Part shown: piece by piece, positions 49,946-63,800 of the stretch
Layout of the letters: each line of letters opens with the position of its first letter
Position numbering within the stretch: the stretch's first letter is position 1
Source of the DNA: Octopus sinensis
Taxonomy: Eukaryota
NCBI RefSeq assembly: GCF_006345805.1
Contig: NC_043013.1
Coordinates: forward strand, 55,552,001-55,616,000
Direction of reading: 5' to 3'
Length of the DNA: 64,000 bases
Translations under genes and position numbers: made by a program
The notes under the pieces: model-generated
The model's database searches: none
Seen by the model: only the letters and a program-made list of their open reading frames with translations
Told to the model about the DNA's origin: nothing

Positions 49946-51289
49946 TTATCATCATCATCATTATTGTTATTAAAATGAATACAGAGTTCAAATTCTCTCT
50001 CTTTTTTTTTTATTAACAGTTTTTCCTGTTTCTTTTTATTAGTCGTGTATATTTTGTTTGTAAGAGTAAATTTGCTTGGCACATCATTGCTTCTAGACCT
50101 TCATAATCTGGATAAAGCGAAGCTGTTTCTCATATACACAGATGTATGTACATATAATTCATGTGCATTTAAAAGATGGAAATGAAGGCCTAACTTTGCA
50201 ATTCAGTGCTTTACATCTAATAGAATTGTAGAAGAACAATATATGTATGTGCCAACAGAGAATATACGAAATAACCCATGATGAATAATGAAAATGTATT
50301 CAGTGTCAACAGAAGATTTTCTAGTATAAAACTAAGTTAAAAACTCTATGTGATCAGCAACGGTAGAATTGTGATTTCAATTTTCTCAGACCTAATATAG
50401 CTGAGTTATGTGCTCTCGCATATTAACTTTACAAACATTCTGTTACAGCCCATGGTGCTGCATTGACAAAAAGTGGACCGAATTTAATTATACATTATAT
50501 GCTTGGTTGATACATTGGATTTTAAATCCCCAAAGATCTTCAGAACTAGATTAAGTTGCATTGCAGGAAATGGATGGAAATAAACTAGAATTCAAGGAAT
50601 GGAGTTGAAGACAGGAATATAAAACAAAATTTTCCATAAAATCTAGAGAAATATGAATTTAGAATAAATTGTGGATCTCAAGATGTCAGAAAGTCTATGG
50701 AGTAAGTGATAACTTCACTTAATGGAATTACTTGTCATTTGGTTGCCAGAGCTCAGTTTTCGATAAAAGTTTTGATTTGATTCTTGGGATTTCATAGCAA
50801 ACTCTTCGAGATTAGTGAAAAGCACTTATTAGTAGCATTTACTAAGAGACATGTGTTTCTTATTAGATATATAGTGGAAATTAATGTTAACGTGACACAA
50901 ACGAGAATTCATTATTAAATTAGGTATCAAAATTAGAATAAATTAAGTAAACCACATGAGACTGTAATGGAGTTTAATATGAAGGAATGTTAGTTAATTA
51001 AGTGCCAACTTAAATACTGCCAGCAAAACTAATTATTCTGCCACAGTGTTAGTTAAAGGTTGATCATGTTAACTGGCAAGTGAACCGATAAATTCCTGTA
51101 CTATTTGTACATCACACCTTTCTAATACTTAAACACAACCTTTACCCAGGTATTATGTTGTCCTCCTCGTTAACATTCCTCACCCCCATTTAAGACAACC
51201 GACTTGGAGTCACTGAGAGATCCTCTTTGTTACTGCTCAACCTGCTAGAAATAGTAGCCAAATCTCTTTCAAATCATCCTGCCATATTG

Positions 51290-51410
51290 CTTTTGAATTT
51301 TGGGGAAGGAGTAAATTGATTTATCAACCCCTGAAAGGATGAAAGGCAAAGTCAACTCAAAGTTAACCTCAGAATATAAAGACAGACAAAATGCTGCTAA
51401 TGATTTTGCC
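51290..51410 (-). mobile_element. Family-B SINE fragment
   Basis: TTTATCAACCCCTGAAAGGATGAAAGGCAAAGTCAAC. Confidence 0.75.
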
Positions 51411-54389
51411 AGCCTTCCTCCTTAAATCTCCCAACTGTATTGACAAAAAGAAAGGATATGCTGTACAATGTATTCCAATGTTCCCTTCAAAAGGCAGGGT
51501 AATCCTGATTAGGATGCCATTACTGGTCTGTTCAATCACGGTTGACCTAGGGTTAAACAATAACCTCTCCCACCCCAAAACTCAACACCCTGACTTCTAA
51601 GCCTTCAGGTACATCGAAGCAAAGTTTTACCAGTGCTATGATCATTATCCTTGCTTCCAAATATGCTTCACCTTTGATAGTTAAGTTGGAAACAGTAACC
51701 ATCTTTCATTCCTACAAAACCCTCACATAATCAAAGTTTCCTTGGAGCTTCATTTTCACTGGACAGGTAAAGTACATTAGCTATACAGCCCCAGAGAAAG
51801 CTATCCACCACCAGCCCCATTATCACCACCAACAACAATAGCAAAAACAGCAACAATAATGACTAGAAAGAATTTAATTACATCTGCAACACTGCCAAAT
51901 GACTACCAGAAAAGTAAAGAATTCCTTCATGCAAAATACAGAAAACCACGCTGTGGGTCACCATTGGTGGAAAATATCGATATTAGGATTTTTGCAGAAG
52001 AGAATAATAAAGAATTATGTATATCAGTATTTCTCTACATTCCTCACATTTCTAATATTTTCATATTCTTATATTCCTACAATCTCTTCTTCCTATATTC
52101 TTAATAATGTTAACCATGTCTGACCTAAGTTGGTAGAATAATTTAAAGGAATACAACAAATAAAAAATATGAAGGCACAGGTTTGGTTTTTGGAAATGGA
52201 GAGGAAAGGAAGGATAGAAAAATAGAAAATTTCAAAAATCAAAGTTGACATAATTGTGTTTGTAAAGTCAACTGAGAAGGGTGTGAAGTATAGTGGTGAG
52301 GGTGTTGGGGTGACAATCCTAAGGTCAGTCGTGAGTTCAATTCCTGGTCAGTGTGTTGCATTGTTTCATTGAACCAGGTACCTTGTTTCATGCTGCTTCA
52401 GTCTGCTCAGCTGAAAATGAGTACCAGCTGAGTACTAGTGCAGTCTCTCTCTCTCTCTCTCATCCCTCCCTTTCTCTTTCTATCTCTATCTACCCCTCCC
52501 CCTCTTTGCCATATCCTGGATGATCCACAAGGTCAAGGGTCCTGTTCTGTCCTAGAAACAAGTGAATAGGTATCCTGTTGTCCAATGGTAGAAACCAGCA
52601 CCACTATTCTGCTGTAATGTGACAAGAAAGAGATAAATGGCTAAGAGGATGGTATCTAAACTGCTGGAGAAAAAAATACAAAAGCAAAATAAAGGGAATC
52701 AAAGTCACAATAAGAAAAAAATCAACAAAAACCAAATAAGATGGATGAAAGGGAATTAACTCTTCTTCCGAGGAATAACGAAGGACAAAGAAGTGAGAGT
52801 GACATCATTCAAAGATGAAATCTCAATATGGTGGGATGATTTGAAGGAGATTTGAAGGACCTGGTGGATGTTTATATCTGCTCACAACTATATGGCCACC
52901 TATAACCGCAAGCAAAAGCCTGATAAATGCTATGAGATCATACCGATTTGTAAGTGGCGGCTTTGATGCTATGGTCTTGAAGCCAACTGAATAATCATAG
53001 TTATTAAAAATATTTATATTTAGTGTGTATACAGTTTAGTTCTTGGAGTGTCTACTAAAAAATAAACGTACTTTCAGAGGAAATGGACAGAAAATGAAAT
53101 CCATAAGCTTAATTATACCTAGTAGATTGTAAATAGTGTCCTAGATGAAGAGGAAAAAGAGGTTTGTGGCTATCATCATCACTAGCTTCATTTAATATCT
53201 ATTTTCCATGCTGGCATGGGTTGGGTGGTTTGACAGGAGCTGACATGTCAGAAGACTGTGCTAAGCAAAGTTATTAATTTAAAACTAAATGGATGCACAT
53301 AGTAACTCGTTATAGGATGAACACTGTAATAACTACTGAAACTGAAAAGTTGTTAAAGCTATCAATTCTTGAGTAAAACTCTGAGCAGAGCGATTCGTTG
53401 TAGGGTTTGTGGCATAATTTCGGGGCTGAAGCAGCAATGGTTAGTTGTTTTAGAGCTGTTGATTCCAGCCAAAATGGGTTTCTCTTGCTACTGCTGTGTA
53501 AACATTAGCTGACTGTTATATAACATAATTGGTTACAAAAGCCAATCAAGAGAAGAACATTAATTACTAATCTGTTGACAGGATGTGTAGCTTGGTAGAG
53601 CTACTGAAGTTGCAAGGGTTTACAAGTGTAAAGTTGTTTGTTCTAATAAAAATGGTTAAAAACATGACAGCATTGCTTTCACTAAATTCTCCTTGGAAAA
53701 AGAAAGGTGAAATTTGTCAAAGCACGTGCTGCCAAGAGCCGTTACCATTCTGTCAAAATGAGGAACTCTATAAAAGCTACGTGTGATTATATAATTAATT
53801 TATGCCCACATTAATTAATTTTTCAGGTTAATTCAATCTTTGAATATTCATGAATTCAGTTGTGCTCATAATAAGGAATTGGCTGGTTTCATTTGAATCA
53901 TGTCACTTAAGCAGTAATGAAATTATCAAAATGAATGAACCAATTTAGCAACAAACATTTCCCCAACAAATGCCATTGCCACACATCACCCATTGCTTGT
54001 AGCTGGGCTTTCTGATTCCTTACCATTAAGGCTGCTATTAACATTTAGGAGTTCTCATTTCTGCCATTCCTCAATAAAAATGCATCTTTTAATAATACTC
54101 CCCTTGGTAATGTCTCCACATTTACTGGCCATTTTGCTTCCAATACTGTATTACACACAAACAACAAAACTTTCCCACGTATTCCTGTTACATTCCATTT
54201 TTCTGACACTGCATACACTTTGTCCCCAATTGTGGAAACTTATTGCAAATCAACCCAAGGCAATGATTTTGTTCTACAATGACCTTCAAACAAAATATGG
54301 CTCTCATCCTCACTTGACTCTTCAGCCTCTCTCTCTCTCACACACACACACGTGCATGAAGGTAAAGATGCACACACACACACACACAC

Positions 54390-54545
54390 ACATCATCATC
54401 ATCATCACCGTTTAACATCCGCTATCCATGCTAGCATGGGTTGGACGATTTTGTCTGAGGGCTGGCGAACCAGATGGCTGCATCAGGCTCCAATCTTGAT
54501 TTGGCAGAGTTTCTACAGCTGGATGCTCTTCCTAACACCAATCAC
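54390..54545 (-). mobile_element. RTE-type 3' tail fragment
   Basis: CATCATCACCGTTTAACATCCGCTATCCATGCTAGCATGGGTTGGACG...CAGCTGGATGCTCTTCCTAACACC. Confidence 0.8.
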
Positions 54546-54788
54546 GGGGGCCAGTAAGGCGACCTTAAACTAATTGCATCCCACTTTGCATCCCTTCACT
54601 CCTCCCACAAAAACTGTTGTACACAATCGATTGTGTCATCTCAGGCCAAGCATCCTTTCTATGAAGAGGAGCTACAAAACGTCATTGAAGGGTGACATGA
54701 CATGACAGTTGTCTTCAACAGCCACAGCTATGGCCTAATTCAGCAACAATGTTGCACTCATCTTTGCATATGAACAATGACTCTTTTG

Positions 54789-54978
54789 TTGTGTCTGGGG
54801 AGAGTCATTTTCTTTTTGTGCCTTATAATGTAACACACTCACCGGTAAAATTTCCACTTATTTCTTATTTTTATTTTCCTAAAATTTTCGTTGCGTATTG
54901 CAACCTTTTTAATAGTCTTGACTCAAAACTATTGAAAAGGTTGCAAAACACAACGAAAATGACTTTCCCCAGACACAA
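54789..54978. mobile_element. MITE-like element with inverted termini
   Basis: TTGTGTCTGGGGAGAGTCATTTTC ... GAAAATGACTTTCCCCAGACACAA; inner GCAACCTTTTTAATAGT/ACTATTGAAAAGGTTGC. Confidence 0.75.
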
Positions 54979-55059
54979 GAGATTATGCTTCAACACACGA
55001 ATTCATATAAAGAATCTTGCAAACAAAATCCCAAAACGAAATGTATCTTTTATCATTTA

Positions 55060-55415
55060 CCTTTTACTTGTTTCAGTCATTTGACTGTGGCCATGCTGGA
55101 GCACCAACTTGAAGAATTCCTTATTGAATGAATTGACCCCATCGGTCTCTTTTACCAAATTGTTAACTTACAGTGCCATAAACACATGGACACCAGTTGT
55201 CAAGTGGTGGTGGAGGGGGGACAAACACATATATAAACACTCACACATACACATGATGGGCTTCTTTCAGTTTCCATCTCCCAGATCCACTGACAAGGCT
55301 TTTGTCAGCCTGAGGTTATACTAGAAGACCACTTGCTCAAAGTGCCACACAGTGAGACTGAACCTGGATCCATGTGGTTGGGAAGCAGGCTTCTTACCAC
55401 ACAGCTATGCCTGCA
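55060..55415 (-). mobile_element. Full-length family-A SINE
   Basis: Head, core and CAGTCAAATGACTG tail on the reverse strand. Confidence 0.88.
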
Positions 55416-57669
55416 TCTAAATCTTATCAGGACTGTGACAAATATCAGGATTCAATTTATCTGATCATCTCCAATGGCACTGTCACATTTAACATTACCA
55501 AACACTATACATCTAATGTATGCATGACACATATTGCGAATAACTCTATATAACCACATATATAAATGCTGCCAGGACTACTTTGAATTAAGATTGAGGA
55601 ACTGCAACATCTCTAATTAGCTCTTAATTCTTTGATTCTAGTTTAAACCTCAAAGACAACTCAAGCTTCTTTGGACAGTGCTATACTTTTATCTTTTTAA
55701 TTTTCATCTTTTATCTGAATGAATCAAACCCCTTTTTTTAAAAGTTTGGTACTTATTCTGTTGGTCTCATTTGTGAAACTGCTAAGGTATAAGAACATAA
55801 ACAGACCAACATCTGTTGTCAAGCAGAGGTGGGGGAAAAACTTAGGCACAAGGACACATACACACACACACACACCCACCCAGAGTTTTGTTGTTGCATT
55901 TAACCTTGTGTGCAATAAAATTGGTTATTGCTTCTACAATACACAAAATATTTTAACAAATTTTTTTTATACAATTCCTAAAAATATTTAATTAGAGAAA
56001 TGCAGTAAGAATTTTTTATATATACATCGAATGGCTATGGGGGCCCACTGGAATAGGATGGGAATTAAACGAGTGAAGAGGTGAAAAATAGTTGAGAATC
56101 ATTGCTCCAAAGTATGGGCGAGCATTTCCTGAACCAGAAGTGACCAGTCTGTATATTTTATTGGAACCAGAGGTTTCTTTGTATATGTATGTGCATAAAT
56201 GGCATTGTTTGCTTACAATCTACTATAAAAGCACACACACATACAAAAATGTGTGTTTGAGTGTGAATATATATAGATGGAGTCGTTTGTTTACAATCCT
56301 TTGCAAAAATATGTCTGGGCTGTTTGTTATTCGAAAGAGTAGGGGAAATATTTGGAAACAAGTGAGGATTAGTGACAGGAAAAGCATTTGACCATAGAGA
56401 AATCTGGTTCAGGAAAGTCTCATCTGACCCATGAAAGCATTGAAAAGAAGACATTAAAACGATCATTCACACACACACATACATGTAAGTGTTTGTGTGT
56501 GTGTGTGTTGTTTGTAACAATTTAATTCAATTGTTTCTGCTTCAGTAAAGAATTAATCTTTGGAACCATAATGTCTGCTGTTCTTAGACTTTTAAAATAA
56601 AGAAAAAACCCCAGAATAATAATGATTGAATACACTTTGAATATTGAAATAACTAAAGGTTTGCAGTAGAAGAAAAAGTTTGAATATCTATATTATATCT
56701 GCTTCATTCCTGATAATGTTTTAAATTATCTTGGTAACTTTCTCTCATCCTGAATTTCTTTTATTCTTTCCTCTTCATGTAGAGATAACTAACCTCTCTG
56801 ATAATAAAATGGTATATTAAAATACTGACCATGATGGCAATACTAATAATACTAATACTAATGTTACTTTACTAGTAGAATTAACCGTCTGCTTTAGATT
56901 TTCCCAAAACTAAAATCCAAATAACAGAATTGCTTCTTAGTAAACATTTTTGTTTTTTGTGTTTTCTCAAAGTTAAAGTAAAACTATGTAAAAGTTAGGG
57001 AAATGTTTGAAGTGATGATAATGTTCTGTAGCTTACTCTAATGAGTATCATTGGGTCATAAAAGATAGAGTTAAAATTATACATTAGCTGCTTGTCATCT
57101 TATGCCCCTTGCCCCCCACACCTCCACTGGAAATTCAATTCCTTTACCTTCACGCCATAATAATCAATAATTTTATCCGACTACAACTTACTGCGATAAC
57201 AGTTTTATTTTGTAGTCAATTTCAACGTTAATGTGGTCAGCTTCCTCAACTTAACTATCTTTCGCAGATAAAACTATCAGAGGAAGTATTTCATGTATGT
57301 TAATTAAAAGTCTTTAAGAAGTGTTTTGCTGGGTTTTAACTCAATCTTATCCACTGTGTGATAAAATATTTTATATTTCTGATGTTTTCAAATTACTTTA
57401 ACATATCCCTGACACATGGATGAGAGATCAGTGTGATTAATACTTAAATCATTAAACCTTTGCTAAAATAGACTTCAGGTAACTGTTGGGAGATAATCAA
57501 GTTGGGATGTCATTATTTCTTAACCGACAAGTGTAAGGGTATTATTTTCCACCTCCTCTCTCAGCTGTTTCCTTCTTATGTGTGCTGGACATACTCATAA
57601 ATACAATTACTTTTCTTTTTATTAAGAACAAAATGCATGTGTGTAGATATATATATATATATATATATT

Positions 57670-58010
57670 AAGGGTAAAAGGGTAAAGAGCTCATTCGATC
57701 ATGAATGACCATGGGATTACACCTACAAAGTAACCCTCTGAGGCACAAGTCTGACCAAGGTTGTTTATGGAAGACCAGCAGTTGCCCATTCATACCAGCC
57801 CTCTCTCTGACTCTGATGTTATCCAAGGGAAAGGCAAAGGCTGATACATCTTGGCACCAGTGACGTCTTAACTCATTTTTACAGCTGAGTGAACTGGAGC
57901 AACGTGAAATAAAGTGTCTTGCTCAAGAACACAACACAGTCCAGGAATCAAAATCACTGCCTTATGATTGTGAGTTTGGCACTCTAACCACTGAGCCATG
58001 TGCCTTCACA
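57670..58010 (-). mobile_element. Near full-length family-C tRNA-derived SINE
   Basis: Head TGGCTCAGTGGTTAGAG...TTGATTCCTGG; core GTTGTGTTCTTGAGCAAGACACTTTATTTCACGTTGCTCCAGTTCACTCAGCTG. Confidence 0.85.
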
Positions 58011-58034
58011 TACATGTACATGTATATACACAAG

Positions 58035-58445
58035 CACAATAATGGTTGTGTGGTAAAGCAGTTCACTTTGCAACCACAAGATCCCAGGTTCAGTCTCACT
58101 GCATGGCAGCTGGGGTAAGTATTCTTTACAATAGTCCTGGCACAACCAATGCCATGTCAGATAATTTGGTGGAGAGAGACTGCCAGAAACTCATTGCATC
58201 TGTGCATATGTGTGTGTGAACATGCATGTATTGTTAAATGCCATGCTAGTCACTGCTTAAATGAAGCAGTGCCAATATTGACATTCCATGTGGATATCAT
58301 GATTATGTCAAATAAAGAAATCCCTTACATAAAAGTTAGGGAAGGGTTGGTGAGAGGAAGTGCATCCAACTGTAAAATACTGCCTCAAATAACTCACCAT
58401 CCAAACCCATAGTAGTGGGGAGAAAAAAACATTAAATGAAGGAAT
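58035..58445 (+). mobile_element. SINE with family-A-like head/core and RTE-like tail
   Basis: GGTTGTGTGGTAAAG...GGTTCAGTCTCACTGCATGGCA head; GCATCCAACTGTAAAA...CATCCAAACCCAT...ACATTAAATG tail. Confidence 0.55.
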
Positions 58446-58616
58446 AAGTAAAGAAACATAAGATAATGTATTTATCCCAAGATATTTGTGTTTTTCATTT
58501 AACTCTAGCCAAAGCAAACAATTTATATCTGGTGCCATGTTATATATCAGGGATTCCCAACCCTTTTATCTAAATGAGTTTTCCAACAGACCTCTTTTGA
58601 TATGCCTAGCTTTATG

Positions 58617-58660
<44 letters not shown>

Positions 58661-58664
<4 letters not shown>

Positions 58665-58867
58665 ATAAAAGATCATGGGTAAGGCGAAAACAATAAAAAT
58701 GAATCACACACACATTGGCAACATTTGTCAATTTCTTGAAAATTGGGTCATAACCCCGAAATATTGAATACAAAGTAAGTCTACATTAATTCGCATATTT
58801 GTTTCCTTGCGGTTAACCTTGCATTTACTTTGCCTTGTTTTGCCCTTACCCACGATCTTTTATACAA
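58661..58867. mobile_element. 207-bp MITE inserted in (TA)n
   Basis: TTGTATAAAAGATCATGGGTAAGG ... CCTTACCCACGATCTTTTATACAA inverted termini flanked by TA repeats. Confidence 0.82.
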
Positions 58868-58901
58868 TATATTCTACACAATGCTTCATTGTAATGATTC
58901 C

Positions 58902-58987
<86 letters not shown>

Positions 58988-59125
58988 GAATATACTTCAT
59001 GGACATCTAGTACTACTTTTGCAGACCCCAGGCTGGAAACCACTGATACATACCAATGACAGAGGTTAGAGTTAAAGCAAAATTAAATATTCTCATGGGT
59101 TGCATCACTAATTTTGTTAATATGA

Positions 59126-59375
59126 TCATCATCATCATTTAACATCTGTCTTCCATGCTGCCATGGGCTGGACAGTTTGACAAGGAGCTGGCCAGGTAGA
59201 AGACTACCCCAGGCTACTGTGTCTATTCTGGTATGGTTTTTTTATGGCTGGATCCCTTTTCTAACATCAACCACTCTGCAGAGTGGGATGAGTGCTTTTA
59301 CATGGCACCAGCACAGGTGAGGTCAGTTTTGGCATGGTTTTTACAGCTGGATGCCCTTCCAAATACCAGCCACTT
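59126..59375 (-). mobile_element. RTE-type 3'UTR/tail fragment
   Basis: CATCATCATTTAACATCTGTCTTCCATGCTGCCATGGG...CAGCTGGATGCCCTTCC. Confidence 0.75.
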
Positions 59376-59460
59376 AACAGTATCTATATGATTAATATTT
59401 CTGATATTCCTATATCTCTAATACTTACATATTGCTTTAATTATTTTCACACCTACTTAT

Positions 59461-59670
59461 GGTGGTGAGCTGGCTGAACCGTGAGCACAGCAGGCAAAAT
59501 GCTTAGCAGCACTTCACCTGTCTTAACATTCTGGGTTCAAACATCGCTACTGTTGACTTTGCCATTCATCTTTTTGACATCGATAAAACAAATACCAGCT
59601 GATCCCTGGAGTCAATGTCGCTGCCTTAAACCTTACTCCGAAATTGCTGGCCATGTGCTAAAATTTAAAA
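59461..59670 (+). mobile_element. Family-B SINE
   Basis: GGTGAGCTGGCTGAACCG head, GGGTTCAAA B-box, GAAATTGCTGGCC.TGTGC end. Confidence 0.8.
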
Positions 59671-60504
59671 CTAATATCAATATACAAATATTATTTGATA
59701 TTTATAAACAAATATTATATACACAAACAGTATTAAAAGAAGCATATTTTTCGCTAGTTTTCATTTCAGCAATGTAATCACAAAGAGTTTTATTTTATAT
59801 TTAATCTGTGTTACTACCATGTGTATTTCCATCATGTCATCATTGGTTGCATTTGACATTGGAAGCTGAACTCATCCTAACACCTCAGAAAAGCTGTGTT
59901 ACTTAGAAACCGTAGATGTTGTTACTCTACGGACATATCAAGCAATAAAACATTTGCGAAATGAAACTCAAATATCTCCAGAGAAAAATTAAGTCTGTGA
60001 TTGAGTTGAAATAGAGTCTGACTTAACATTCTTAAAATGTTTTAACTGATTGTGAAACAAGTGTTTTATAAGATTTGAGACTATCCAAAAGAAAAAAAAT
60101 AAACAATAGAAGATAGATATATTTCTAAAATTAACAAGATAAAATCAATGTTTGTGCATTTTTCTCTGGAGAAATTTTCTCTAAAATATCCAAAATAGAA
60201 AAAATAGATGCCAAAATATACATTGTTTGGTTGTCTTCTCAAAGTTAAACCAGAATATATTCTCACTGATACAATTGTTTTGATTTCCATTGACAATTTA
60301 ATAAAATCTACTCTATTTTTATTTTCAAATATACTTATGTGAATCCAAGTCATACTTATCAGAGTAATTGCTAAAATCAAGGGACAAATGCAAATTAAAA
60401 GTATACTGTGCTTGAGATAATTAATGCAGAGACACCAGACACTAAATAAACAGAGGAGGATATTTAAATACCAATCAAATTAGCATACCAGTGAAACGGT
60501 TTAG

Positions 60505-60588
60505 TATGCTGTATGTATGTATGTATGTATGTATGTATGTATGTATGTATGTATGTATGTATGTATTATGTATGTATATATATATATG

Positions 60589-60649
<61 letters not shown>

Positions 60650-60690
60650 TTATTTATGTATGTATGTATTTATTTATGTATATACACACA
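60505..60690. repeat. Compound (TATG)n/(TA)n/(TG)n microsatellite
   Basis: Direct reading. Confidence 0.95.
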
Positions 60691-61794
60691 GGAATCTATC
60701 TATCTGTCTATATGACTATCATAACCATTTAATGTTCATTTTCTATGATGGTATTAGCTGATTGGCTCAACATGATGTGGAGAGGCAGAAAGCTGTGTGA
60801 AGCTCCAATGTCTGCTTTGGCTTGGTTCCTACTGCTGGATGCCTTTCCTAATAACAAACATTTTAAAGGAGGAGATGAGTGCTTCTTAATGGCACTGACA
60901 CCAGTGAAGTTGCCAAGTACTTCACAAAGCACATATGTACAAACACAAACACATACATGCATCTTATCTCTATAATGGGAAGATAACATATATGTATACT
61001 ATATATAAGAATTTCGTGCTTGTCCAGTGTCTAGTTTAAAATAACATAGAAAGGGTATCACTTTAGCAGCCTTTTGCTCTTCCCTACAAACAAATCTGCT
61101 TGTTGTACTCCAGGCTGCCAACCACATAAAACAGTTAAACATCACTTCAGCTTTTTACACTCTTGTTTATGTTTGCTTAAAGCTTATATATTTTTTTAGA
61201 AAACATTTCCGAGCAATTTCAGGAATTTTAAATTTGCAGTATTTTTATAACTCAAAAAATTTTTCGTTTTTCTATTTCAGATAAACCTTATCAACAGTAT
61301 AAAATTATCTTTAGATTATTTTGTTTTAGAAATTTGTATCTGAATTGGTTTTTAGGAGCTATTAGAATGTGAGTGAAAAGATTTTATAAAGCCTTATAAA
61401 ATCATCTTTTAATAGACATCACAATACAAGCATTGTCTTTCCTTACTTTCTTCCTACAAAACCTTGATGAAGTTGTATGGACAATATCTTGCCACATGAC
61501 ATCCTAGCGGTACTTTTAGATCTGGTAGTCCTCTCCAGGTCTAACCATTGCAAATTTCTTCTAATAAGTGGAATGGACAGAAATAAGGAAAGAGAAGAAT
61601 CAATCCCAGTACATGACTGGTACTTTATTAACTGAACACAAAAGAATAAAACGTAAAGTTGTCCTCAGTGGGAATTGAACTCATAGAGCCAGAATATGTA
61701 CCATACTTTAACAACACTGCCAATTAGCTACCTTAACACTGACATGGATGTTCACATATATATGTTTCATTTCTTGCTTAAGAGACAAGTGATA

Positions 61795-61985
61795 AGATGG
61801 TGAGCTGGTTGAATCATTAGCACACTGGGCAAAATGCTTCGAGTTCAAATCCCGCTGATGCCAACTTGGTCTTTCATCCTTTCAGGGTCAGTAAGCTAAG
61901 TACCAAGTGAGCACTGAGGTTGATGTAACTCACTTAAATCTTTTCTTAAAATTGCTGGCCTTGTGCCAAAATCTGAAACCAATAC
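61795..61985 (+). mobile_element. Family-B SINE
   Basis: GGTGAGCTGGTTGAATCATTAGCAC head; GAGTTCAAATCCCGC; GCTGGCCTTGTGCC end. Confidence 0.82.
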
Positions 61986-62989
61986 AGAGACAGCTGTTCA
62001 CATGTATAAATACAGTTTCAAGCACACTGTTTCAATATAATTCTCTTACATTCAGAAAAAGTATTTAAATTCATACAATTGCTGGGCAATAGGAAAGGAG
62101 AGAAGAGAAGAGGTAAAAAAAGAATTAATTTTACAAACAATACCGCACTGGACAGATGACATTTCAGTGTGAGGTCATCCATTGACCAGTGGATATAAAT
62201 GGCCATAATGACACTTGCTACAATGACTGACCACCTGTTTAATAAATATTTTGGCTTTGGACAAGCAAACCATTGAAAAAGGAATGTACAAATGTATTGT
62301 CTGTAGACTGAACACTGGCATGAAGTTTTCAGTGAGTTTTTAGAATTTCCATAAATCAGAGGAATTTTGACAAGGACGTCTTTGTAAAAATATTGGTTTC
62401 TGGTTGAATAATTTGTTTACTAGAAATTGTTCATTTAAAAAACTATTGCACCAGACAACTTTCTATTTTATTCTAAAAGACATTATTATATATAAATATT
62501 ATTTCTCCAAATAAACATTTTAATATGATATTGTCTGTTTTAGTGACAATGGGGTACTTGGAGGTTTTCTTTTCCACTTATAACTCTGAACTTGTCCTTG
62601 ATTGCCTTTGTGATGTCTTTTATTATTGCTAATATTTATGTGCCATCAGTTTTAGTCTCTTCAAATTAGCCTGTACTACACTTCTGATAATGAATACTGT
62701 AAAATCTTCCCAATATTTTCTGCTTTAGGTATTTTAATGAGACCCCTGATGTCTTCATTACTATTTTGTAAACCTCTGATGAAAATGGTCATTATGTTGA
62801 ACTATAAAACATCGGTAAAATCTTTCAAGTCCTGCTGCATAAAGATTGTCTGTGATGGTAATACTGATGGAGTCTCTGCAATTAATTCTGAGGACATATC
62901 TGAGTATAAACACTGAAAATTTACAAAACTCTGAGATCAGTTTGAAATTCTACTATTAGAATCAAAATACATTGCTAACCATTTACAAA

Positions 62990-63800
62990 ATGAAAATAAA
63001 GTAAAGATTAAAAAAAAAATACTAAACAAAGCAAACTCACTGAATGAAGTTTCTTCTAAGTCTGCTGTTACAAATAATTAGAAAAAGAAAACAAATCAGT
63101 GATGTACAACATTAAAAACAATGTTTACTAAGTTTTTGGTTGTTTATTTTGTTGAGTAAATGCATAAGTTCAAATTGTAGTTCTTGGAACTAGCATTGGT
63201 ATACCATAGTTCTATTTTGGTTGATTCATTTGAGAGCTCTGTGTCATTTATGTTTACATAGCATCATAAATTTCTACAAATGACACATGCGGTTTGTGGT
63301 CAAAAGATTTCCTGACATAGGCAGGCATTTCCAGAAGAATTTTTTAAAAAATCAGAAATATTTTGGCAGCTTCCAATCTCCTCGTTAGATCACCAAATGA
63401 CAGAACTGACATTAGCATAAAAAACAAATGCGAGTCGGCAATAATGATTCTGCAAGTGCGTCAGGATTTTTTGCCTGGCTTTCATCACTTGACTGGTTCT
63501 CATTAAAGAATTTCTTTCACTTTCTCTCCTTTGTACTTTAATTCCAGTTTTTAGATTTATGGTGACATGTTTTAATTCTGTCAGCAGAATGTCAAGTTGG
63601 TATCACAGTTTCTGTAGATTTTCAATAAAAATTTCAATGCTGTTCATTTTGGTATCAGCAGTGGCATCGCTTACCTGTAATACCAAGTTGCAGATATTGA
63701 TGAGAGCAAGAATGCTAAACTGGCTGTAAGACAAGAGTCCACAACCGAAAGAGGACACGTGTCTATTATTAGCACCACTTCTTTGCTTCTGGTCTGTGGT
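62990..63800 (-). pseudogene. Decayed hAT-superfamily transposase, C-terminal half
   Basis: Frame-hopping translation: RK*KKFFNENQSSDE, DLTRRLEAAK, ELMHLLNKI, LFVTADLEETSFSEFAL (cf. hAT dimerisation LPVTVASAERSFSKL); a further SVERIF-like segment at ~63890-63940. Confidence 0.6.

Noticed and set aside
63041-63064. 24-nt symmetric micro-exon on the minus strand (TAACAG | CAGACTTAGAAGAAACTTCATTCA | GTGAGT)
   Set aside because: The same bases read LFVTADLEETSFSEFAL, which fits the decayed hAT dimerisation motif in the expected position; the splice signals are probably coincidental
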